From positions 1 through 46,951 of the forward strand of contig JBHICG010000023.1 of assembly GCA_046759445.1 (NCBI GenBank): a DNA stretch of 46,951 nt, written 5' to 3'. Below, one piece after another: positions 18,897 to 27,001 of this stretch (positions within the stretch are counted from its first letter, which is position 1; each line of letters starts with the position of its first letter). A program made the position numbers and the translations under genes. Source of the DNA: Candidatus Scalinduaceae bacterium. GTDB lineage: Bacteria; Planctomycetota; Brocadiia; Brocadiales; Scalinduaceae. The notes under the pieces are model-generated. The model saw only the letters and a list, made by a program, of their open reading frames with translations, was not told where the DNA came from and did not search any database.

Positions 18897-19655
18897 ATGA
18901 AAAATTTAAGTCGGGAAAATGTTGTTCTCTCATTGTGGAAAATTCTGTTAGGAGCAGGAATCTGTTTGTTATTTTATCCCGAGGGACGGAGACTTGTTTC
19001 TTCAATGCTCCTTCTGCTGGTGCTAGGTGGTATATATGTAGGCACGATTGTATTATATTGGAAAAGAAGGCTGATACGGTTTTCAATTTTGTCAATCACC
19101 CTGCTACTTGCGCTGTTCCTGTTAATGCCTGGACGTGCAGTAGACCCGATAAAACTCAGAGCTTCGTTCCTAGAGAGGCTTCAAGAATTTGAAGGGGTTA
19201 AATATCATTTAGGATCAGAACATTCACGAGGAATCGATTGTTCAGGGCTATTACGCAGGGGATTAATAGATGCATACATAAAGAATGGGCTTACTTGTTT
19301 TAATCCGCACCTGGTTCGCGAAGGAATTTCCATATATTTTAACGATTTATTAGCGAAAACATTGCTAGATGGTTACAGGGACCGAACCCGTTTTATCACA
19401 ACCGCACCAAGTATTAATAAACTTGATCATTTACGTATTATTCCTGGCGATTTTGCTGTTACCCTTGATGGACGCCATGTCTTGATATATCTTGGAAATG
19501 TTACATGGATCGAGGCGGATCCAACGTTCCAACCTGAGCCTGGGTTGGCGTTAATGAAAGTCGTTAGATTAAAGGTACCGGTTACAGATAATCCATGGTT
19601 TAATACTCCAGTGAAGTTGGTACGTTGGTTGGAATTTGAATCTCAAAAATCCTGA
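18897..19655 (+). CDS. Membrane-anchored NlpC/P60-family protein
   Basis: About three N-terminal hydrophobic segments; Y-x-LG, GIDCSGL, PGD, HVLIYLG and IEA motifs. Confidence 0.75.
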   Translation: MKNLSRENVVLSLWKILLGAGICLLFYPEGRRLVSSMLLLLVLGGIYVGTIVLYWKRRLIRFSILSITLLLALFLLMPGRAVDPIKLRASFLERLQEFEGVKYHLGSEHSRGIDCSGLLRRGLIDAYIKNGLTCFNPHLVREGISIYFNDLLAKTLLDGYRDRTRFITTAPSINKLDHLRIIPGDFAVTLDGRHVLIYLGNVTWIEADPTFQPEPGLALMKVVRLKVPVTDNPWFNTPVKLVRWLEFESQKS

Positions 19656-19920
19656 CGTCACCACAAAATGAAGAGCTTAGCTAATATAAGTCAGTTTCAA
19701 GGTAAACCAAGTTTACGTCTTATAGTAAAATCTTCCATTTTCATTTCAACCATAACTCCCAGTTATTTTTAGTAACCAATGTACTTTCATATTTCGCCCT
19801 TTCCCAAATCGAATTATCGAAATGTTTATAACCAGTGCCTGAAACTACGATTTATCATTGTCTTAAACGCGAGATCTATAGCTAAAATAAGAGAAAAGGA
19901 CAAGCCTGTAATTCTCTGTA

Positions 19921-20183
19921 GAAAATGAACATCTAAAAAAGGTTACGATTACCATTGACGATGGTAATGCCGCAATTATGAAGTTGTTTTTCCATATTTT
20001 ATTGACCGGAAAACAAAGGCTACTTTTTATGTAATTTAGGATTTAATAGTGGAAATAGAATGGCGAAGCATTGGGAAGCTGATTATAGAAGACCAGATAA
20101 GGTTTGCGTTGAAGAATTTACTTGGTTGCAGTTTATGGTATAAATTTCGCAAATGGGTGATATCATGGCATAAGACTTTTTAG
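19921..20183 (+). pseudogene. Internally deleted paralog of the polysaccharide deacetylase
   Basis: KKVTITIDDG/fs/YEVVFPYFIDRKTKATFYVI*DL joined directly to IVEIEWRSIGKLIIEDQIRFALKNLLGCSLWYKF...KTF*, matching both ends of 15938-16747. Confidence 0.85.
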
Positions 20184-20507
20184 ATTAATCTTGGTATTTA
20201 TTTTGTGGGACAAAACAATATAAATATAAAAGAAATGTTGTTATTTTAGGTCTTCATAAAAGATAATATGTTTTGATATCTATTTGTTTAATAAAGACTA
20301 ACTTATGTGAATAGAGAAAGTACCATATCTTGATGATTACATTTATGGCTATATTTATTAACTTTATTTATTGGCTTTTTTACAAAAGAATTAGATTTCA
20401 ATTATATAAAATTAAAGCTTCATTATAGATTTTGGGTTCGTAATATTAAAATAGGCAAAATAAATTAAGGGTTCAAACAAATTCTTTAATATACGAAAGG
20501 TAGGTAA

Positions 20508-21791
20508 ATGCTCAGGAAACTTATCTATTCATTGGGGATTAAACTTAGAAATAATTTGATTTGGGATAGTTATAAGTTTCTTTGTAAAAGCCAACATTGG
20601 GATATTGAAACACTAGAGAATTATCAGTTTAACAAATGCAAAGAGTTACTTGAATGGGCATATGATAAATCAAACTTTTATAAGCTAAAATTTGATAAGA
20701 AGGGTGTTAGTCCAAAAAATTTTAATGAACTAGGTGATTTGAGTAAGTTCCCAATGGTTACGAAAAAAGAACTAATAGAACTAGCCGAAGATATACAGAT
20801 AAAAGAGGGCTTTCAAAAGCTATTTTTTTCTGAAACATCTGGGAGCACAGGTCAAATTATGACTTTTTATCGTAATAAGGAATGGGATGCAAGAACAAGG
20901 GCTGCTGGCTTTAGAGGCTACTCATGGTATGGAGTAAAACCATGGGAAAGGAAAGGTTATTTTTGGGGTTATAATATTGATCCTAAGAAAGCGAGAATGA
21001 TCAGATTTTTAGATTTTCTTCAAAATAGATTTAGAATATTTTCTTATAATGGAAACAACATAAAAGAGTTTGTTAAAAAATTAGAAAAAGCTAGCTGTCT
21101 GGAAGGGTACTCATCAATGATATATGAGGTAGCAAAGATAATAAACGAAATGGGACTGGGGAAAAGGATATCTTTAAAGATGGTTAAAGGAACATCCGAA
21201 AAAATATTTAATAGATATCAAGATGAGGCAAGTAAGGCTTTTGGCAAGAAAATCATTAGTGAATATGGTGCCGCAGAGACGGGAATTATTGCATTTGAGT
21301 GTTCTTATGGGAACATGCATATAACAATGGAAAATGTTATAGTGGAAGAAGTGGACAATGAAATTATTGTTACAAATTTGTTGTCAAAGTCATTTCCAAT
21401 TATTAGATATAGATTAGGGGATTATATTGAAGTAGATAAAACTATAAAATGTAAGTGCGGTATGGCTCATTATATTATTAAAGATGTGCTGGGTAGGATT
21501 GGCAATGTAATATATGGAATTAATAATAAGTATCCAAGCCTTACTTTGTATTATATATTTAAAAATCTTGCTATGGAGAAACAGGTAGTTTTAAATTATC
21601 AAGCAGTACAACAAAAGAAAGGTGTATTGCATATAAATGTAGAACAAAAAATGAAAGAGGGTGAATACAAATTGATGGAAGAGGAGACTTATAAATACTT
21701 TGGAGATGATATGAGCATAATTATTAAAGATAAACAGGTTTTTAGACGTGGGAAGGAAAAATTAAGAGATTTCATATCATCGATAAATTAA
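20508..21791 (+). CDS. Phenylacetate-CoA ligase-like adenylating enzyme (CapK-like)
   Basis: TSGSTG, EYGAAE, VTNL...FPIIRYRLGD and LGR motifs. Confidence 0.88.
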   Translation: MLRKLIYSLGIKLRNNLIWDSYKFLCKSQHWDIETLENYQFNKCKELLEWAYDKSNFYKLKFDKKGVSPKNFNELGDLSKFPMVTKKELIELAEDIQIKEGFQKLFFSETSGSTGQIMTFYRNKEWDARTRAAGFRGYSWYGVKPWERKGYFWGYNIDPKKARMIRFLDFLQNRFRIFSYNGNNIKEFVKKLEKASCLEGYSSMIYEVAKIINEMGLGKRISLKMVKGTSEKIFNRYQDEASKAFGKKIISEYGAAETGIIAFECSYGNMHITMENVIVEEVDNEIIVTNLLSKSFPIIRYRLGDYIEVDKTIKCKCGMAHYIIKDVLGRIGNVIYGINNKYPSLTLYYIFKNLAMEKQVVLNYQAVQQKKGVLHINVEQKMKEGEYKLMEEETYKYFGDDMSIIIKDKQVFRRGKEKLRDFISSIN

Positions 21792-21919
21792 GGATAGTTG
21801 TATATAATGTAAAGTAGTAATTTTTGCGTAAAACTTGTAGTTTCACTGTTAAGTGCTGATCAAATAACTTATTTAATTTGGTAAAAAAAGATGTAACCTG
21901 CATCGGCATATCTATATAA

Positions 21920-22702
21920 TTAGGTAGAAGATTCACAAATTCTGAATACAGTGATTTCAGGCCTTGATCCGATCCTGATCGGTAAAAATGTAGTACCTAT
22001 ACCACGATTGACATAAAGTCTAGGTTTTCTATAATTATACCAACCTGCCACATAACTTCCACTTCCCCTTGGTGTATATAGTGTATATCCAAATATGTTT
22101 ATCTGTCCTCCATGAGTGTGCCCTGAGAGCATAAGATCGAAAGCCTCTGTGCCAATCTGATCTCGATATCCTGGACAGTGGCTAAGTAAGATTTTATAGG
22201 AGGCTTGTAAAGGATTATTTTGGTACCACGTCAGATCGGGTTTTCCTACCATAAAATCATCTACACCTATTAAGGAGATATTTATACTATTTAAAGAAAT
22301 GTCTACTTTCTCATTAACCAGAAGTCTGCAATTAGCCTTTTCATACTCCCTCATGATATTGTTAATACCTGCAAGTGACCAATAATCCCAATTCCCAAGG
22401 ACAGAGTATATTCCACTTGAAGCCTTTAGTCGTGAGACAAAATCGTAAAGTAATGGTAGGTTTTTTGATTCATTTATTATATCCCCGGTAATAAAAAGTA
22501 TATCTGGATTTATTCTATTTACTTTATGTATAATTTTTTCATGAATATCCTCAAAAGAGTGAAGATGGAGATCAGATAGCTGTACAAGTCTTATTGCTTT
22601 ATTTGCATTTAGTGATTGATTTAGAATAATATCCTGCCAAACGACCTCCAAACTAACTGTCAGAAAGCTGTAGATATTTAATAAAGGTAATGTCAAAAGC
22701 AT
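21920..22702 (-). CDS. YkuE-like metallophosphoesterase; Tat leader start is out of frame
   Basis: SDLH, TGD, LGNWD, LSH, SGHTHGGQ, RGIG and RPE motifs. In-frame upstream RQISRRNLFK; ATG 22757 is shifted by one base. Confidence 0.88.
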   Translation of the reverse strand: MLLTLPLLNIYSFLTVSLEVVWQDIILNQSLNANKAIRLVQLSDLHLHSFEDIHEKIIHKVNRINPDILFITGDIINESKNLPLLYDFVSRLKASSGIYSVLGNWDYWSLAGINNIMREYEKANCRLLVNEKVDISLNSINISLIGVDDFMVGKPDLTWYQNNPLQASYKILLSHCPGYRDQIGTEAFDLMLSGHTHGGQINIFGYTLYTPRGSGSYVAGWYNYRKPRLYVNRGIGTTFLPIRIGSRPEITVFRICESST

Positions 22703-23068
22703 AGTTGCTCCATTTTTAAATAAATTTCTTCTTGATATTTGTCTTTTTTTTCAACATTCATTATTTAAAAATAATACAATTAATAAAAGAAAAATCCTTA
22801 AAGTAGTATTCTTAATTCAATTAAATTAGTAGCACGGGAATTTTTACTTTTTGTCGCAGATAATCAAAAATTATATGGATTTTAATAGTAACTCCTTATG
22901 TTTGTTAAAGCTACGTTCAATTAAAGTTCACAATAATGAACAAATAAGTATTATTTTAACAAGTATTAAAGGTTTGGACAGATAAATAGTTTCTTTAGGT
23001 ATTAATTTTGCGTAAAACTCTGTTAATAAATGATTTCCGTATGCTTAAATTATTGATTGAGGTATATC

Positions 23069-26000
23069 ATGAAAATACCACTAAAAATTACTGTATTTTT
23101 TGGAGTATTAGCTGTATTACCACTTATATTTAAAATCAATGTTATATTTGCTGTGGGAACTAACCCATTAGGGGGTGATACGGTATACTCAACTTCTGGT
23201 AAATGGCAGTTTCCTAATATTCGCTCTGGGCACCCTAGAATATTTTTAGAAGGACCCGAGGATGTAGCCAAGTTAAGAACAAGGATTGATACCATTCCTG
23301 AGATAACTGCTGCATATAATTCTTTGAAAAGCTGGGCGGATAAACAAACAACGGCAAGCGTTTTATCAATAAATAGAGGTGATCGACCCAATGCGTTAAG
23401 GGACACTGTTCTTGTTGCGCTTATGGAGAAAGAAAAAGGCAACAATTACTCTCATTATCTTAATCTATCTAAAGCACTCATGGGAGATATAGCAGGTCTC
23501 TCATTTAGACCCTCATATAAAAGTGGCGATGCTCAAGCTATGGCAGTTGGTTATGACTGGTTGTTTGATGATTTGTCATTAAGTGAAAAACAAAACTATG
23601 TAGCTGGGATGATTAAGATAGGAGAGCGCTTAGCCTTTCAAGGATATATGGAAACCCGACCGCAAGCAGCCGGACCTAAAAATCAACTTGGTATATTGTT
23701 TGCGGGAATTGCCTTTTACAATGACGGTATAGATGATCAAATGGCAAGAGATGTCATTAATTATTATGGTGAGTATACTGATGAAATATGGATGCCACTT
23801 ATTAATATTATGGCTGGTAACACCGGTGAAACAAATCAGTCAAAGAACTACTTTTTTGATGGTTCTAAAGGCCATTTTGATTTCATAGAAATGTGGAAGA
23901 GCTCGACGCAAAGAAGACTTGACGTAAACAATAACTATGGCAAAAACTTTCCTTACTGGGATATCTATACAGTAAGGCCGGATAATACGAATTTTTTACT
24001 ATTTAATGGAATGAACATTGGCGGTTCTAAGGGACGTTCAATTTATGCTATTATGGCAAGCATATATAAGGATCCTCTAGCCTCATATTTTGCCTCGCTT
24101 TCACCGAAAGATTGGAGATATATTTTATGGTATGATCCTTCTATTCCTTCTAAATCATATCAATCTTTGCCATTAACCAGGTATTTCGACGGGACAGGCC
24201 ATGTCATTATGAGAACAGGGTGGGAATTCGGCACCTATAGTTCAGCTTCTAAAGATGTAGCAGCTAGATTCAAAAGTGGTAATTTCTATGGAGCTGGCAG
24301 CAATAAACAACAAAATGATTTTGTTATATTTTACAAGGGATCTCTTGCAGCAGAGAATCCAGGTAAAAAGAATAAGGCAGCCATTCATCATAACACAATA
24401 ATTATTGATGGTGAAGATCAGTTGACTAGCACATCTGTCTATTCTGCCTTACCTGGAAATACCCCTGCAGCAATTCGTTCCAGTTGGGGAGAAAATACAC
24501 CAAGAGACATTGCCGACATAATCAAAGTTGAAAGCTCGTCATCGTATGACTACATGGTTGGCGACGCCACCAATGCCTACAATCCAGATAAATTGTCTCA
24601 CTTCACCAGAGAGTTTGTATTCGTAAGACCCAACTATTTTGTGGTCTTTGACCGAGTCAATACAAAGAGCTCAACATACTCAAAGAAATATCTGTTGCAT
24701 AGTATCAATGTTCCTAAAATTGGTGGCACTACTCCTTCAGATGGGACACAGACCTATAACAGTGACTTAATTCAAATAGATAGGGGAGGAACAGTAGCAA
24801 ATGGTAAGCCGGATATGAATGGTCGATTATTCAGTAAAACCTTATTACCCACAAACAGCAAAATTACAGTAGTAGGCAGTGGTCAGTCTCCTGATCTCAC
24901 CGACAAGAGAGAACCTGCTCGCTGGCGTATGGAGGTAGAGCCAGCCTCTCCTCAACAAAACGACTTTTTCCTCCATGTGATGCAGGTAGGAGATTCAGAC
25001 ACTCTACAGTCAATGACCCAAACCTCAAGAATAGATGCAAACACGATGACGGGGGCGTTTATCAATGACCCCACAACTCCTGAAATTGTGATGTTCTCTA
25101 GCCATCCTCAAGGAGCAGATGTGACTAGTGTAACTTATCAAGCTAATTATTCTTCATCAATCACCGGCAATCATCTCTTGCTGGATATGTCCCCTGGGAC
25201 CTATGATGTTTACAAAAACGCAACAAAAATTCTAAGCAACATTACTGCTTCATCACGAGGAGTATTATCTTTTGACGTAAATGGGGGGGCAACCTTCCAG
25301 GTGGTTCAAACCGGAGTTACTCCAACTCAAGATACCATACCTCCCTCTACTCCCGACAATCTTACAGCAACAACAATATCCTCATCCCAGATCAATCTCT
25401 CTTGGATTGCATCTAAAGATAATGTTGGAGTTGCAGGTTATAAAATTTATAGAGATGGAATACAAATAACTACTACAGCCAACACCTCATACCAGGATAC
25501 AGGATTATCTCCTTCCACTGCTTATACGTACACAGTAAGCGCTTATGATGCAGCAGGGAATGAGTCAGGGCAAAGTAGTCAAGTAACGGAAACAACCTCC
25601 TCTGAATTTGATACTACTCCGCCGACGGTAACCTCTGTCAGTGCAGGTGGTATTTCTACCCAGATTGTCGTGGTGTTCAGTGAGCCAGTAGAGCTCTCAA
25701 GTGCAACAAACATATCAAACTACAACGTTAACAATGGAATCACGGTTTCAAATGCTTCATTGGGATCAGATTTAAAAACCGTGACTCTAACCACAAGTCC
25801 GAATACAGAAGGTCTTTCTTATACATTAACCATAAATAACGTAAAAGACCGGGCAAAAATCCCCAATGTGATTGCTCCCAATACCACTGAGAACTACACA
25901 TTTGTATCTCAATTAGTAATAAGTAACCTAACCGTAGCCAGTAATAAGCAATACGAGGTTGTCCAGAGTGGAATCTACAATGGAGAACTTGCCTACATTG

Positions 26001-26389
26001 ACCGAACATATACATATAGTAATATACCTGCTCTATTAGAAGGAGCCCTGTACATTAAGACGGCCAACGATGATAAGGTCTCTAGCGGTAACTCATTCCT
26101 TTCCTTTGACGTGAATCAGGGTGTTAAAGTGTATGTGGCTCATGTTAATAAAATTACTGCAAAACCATCATGGTTGACATCGTTCGTTGACACTGGTGAA
26201 GATGTCAACATAACTAATGTTTCATTTAGTCTATTTGTCAAGTATTTTCAAGCAGGTAAGATTACGCTTGGTGGTAATGAAGGTAGTGGATCTATGTATA
26301 CAGTTATGATAGTAGGGCAAGGAGGAACAGGTTCACCTCCCGACTCAACCCCGCCACCACCTCCAACAGGATTGTTTTTGATGCCATGA
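23069..26389 (+). CDS. Secreted heparinase II/III-like protein with FN3, Ig-like and C-terminal beta domains
   Basis: Signal peptide; HPRIF, YDW, ILWYDP, G-x-VIMRTGW, HNT, GDATNAY, FVVFDRV motifs; FN3 with DNVGVAGY...AYDAAGNES; FSEPV Ig-like domain. GAGG RBS before ATG 23069. Confidence 0.8.
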   Translation: MKIPLKITVFFGVLAVLPLIFKINVIFAVGTNPLGGDTVYSTSGKWQFPNIRSGHPRIFLEGPEDVAKLRTRIDTIPEITAAYNSLKSWADKQTTASVLSINRGDRPNALRDTVLVALMEKEKGNNYSHYLNLSKALMGDIAGLSFRPSYKSGDAQAMAVGYDWLFDDLSLSEKQNYVAGMIKIGERLAFQGYMETRPQAAGPKNQLGILFAGIAFYNDGIDDQMARDVINYYGEYTDEIWMPLINIMAGNTGETNQSKNYFFDGSKGHFDFIEMWKSSTQRRLDVNNNYGKNFPYWDIYTVRPDNTNFLLFNGMNIGGSKGRSIYAIMASIYKDPLASYFASLSPKDWRYILWYDPSIPSKSYQSLPLTRYFDGTGHVIMRTGWEFGTYSSASKDVAARFKSGNFYGAGSNKQQNDFVIFYKGSLAAENPGKKNKAAIHHNTIIIDGEDQLTSTSVYSALPGNTPAAIRSSWGENTPRDIADIIKVESSSSYDYMVGDATNAYNPDKLSHFTREFVFVRPNYFVVFDRVNTKSSTYSKKYLLHSINVPKIGGTTPSDGTQTYNSDLIQIDRGGTVANGKPDMNGRLFSKTLLPTNSKITVVGSGQSPDLTDKREPARWRMEVEPASPQQNDFFLHVMQVGDSDTLQSMTQTSRIDANTMTGAFINDPTTPEIVMFSSHPQGADVTSVTYQANYSSSITGNHLLLDMSPGTYDVYKNATKILSNITASSRGVLSFDVNGGATFQVVQTGVTPTQDTIPPSTPDNLTATTISSSQINLSWIASKDNVGVAGYKIYRDGIQITTTANTSYQDTGLSPSTAYTYTVSAYDAAGNESGQSSQVTETTSSEFDTTPPTVTSVSAGGISTQIVVVFSEPVELSSATNISNYNVNNGITVSNASLGSDLKTVTLTTSPNTEGLSYTLTINNVKDRAKIPNVIAPNTTENYTFVSQLVISNLTVASNKQYEVVQSGIYNGELAYIDRTYTYSNIPALLEGALYIKTANDDKVSSGNSFLSFDVNQGVKVYVAHVNKITAKPSWLTSFVDTGEDVNITNVSFSLFVKYFQAGKITLGGNEGSGSMYTVMIVGQGGTGSPPDSTPPPPPTGLFLMP

Positions 26390-26493
26390 GGTTATTTACC
26401 AAACAAAGAAAAATGTATGTTATGTCCACTCTTTTGTGAGTCAACAACAAACCATAAAAGGGGCGGCTTGAAAGACGACTCTGAAGGGTAGGA

Positions 26494-26950
26494 TTATTTC
26501 CAAAGCTTGAGTTGAAACATAGCTAAGTCTTTTCTCAATTTCCGTCTTACATATTACAGATTTTATCCTTATAAATATCCATTGTGTTCATAAAGTACCC
26601 TTTTGTCTAAAAATGTCTGTCCCCAGGTATTAATTTTTCAATTCCATATACTTATTAAATATCTTGATAGCACTCTCACCTTTTAAAAAGCCCACTACTT
26701 CTGCAATCAAGTATTTTGGTGGACATTACAATACCAAGTAAATATGGTCTATTTGCACGTTTCTTTCCAATATCTCTACCTTTTTCCCCGCCAAAATGAC
26801 TTTGTCGGGCTGGCATTTGCATATTTGCTTTATTATAGTTCGTACCGAGTTACCAAATTCTCCATTTTAAAATCCTGAGTAGGTACTTTTGGCACCATAA
26901 TGGAACTTGCATACACACACTGCTTGTGCTAACTTATTAAAACTTTCCAT
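26494..26950 (-). mobile_element. tnpA: IS200/IS605 Y1 transposase pseudogene
   Basis: AGGAGG RBS, then MESFNKLAQAVCVCKFH...RILNGE...IKQICK...KKVEILERNVQIDHIYLVL*CPPKYLIAEVVGFLKGESAIKIF...KGYF...QLKLWK*, with several frameshifts and stops. Confidence 0.88.
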
Positions 26951-27001
26951 ATAATACCTCCTTTAGGGTTAAATTATTTCTATTATAATGAGGATTAGTT
27001 T

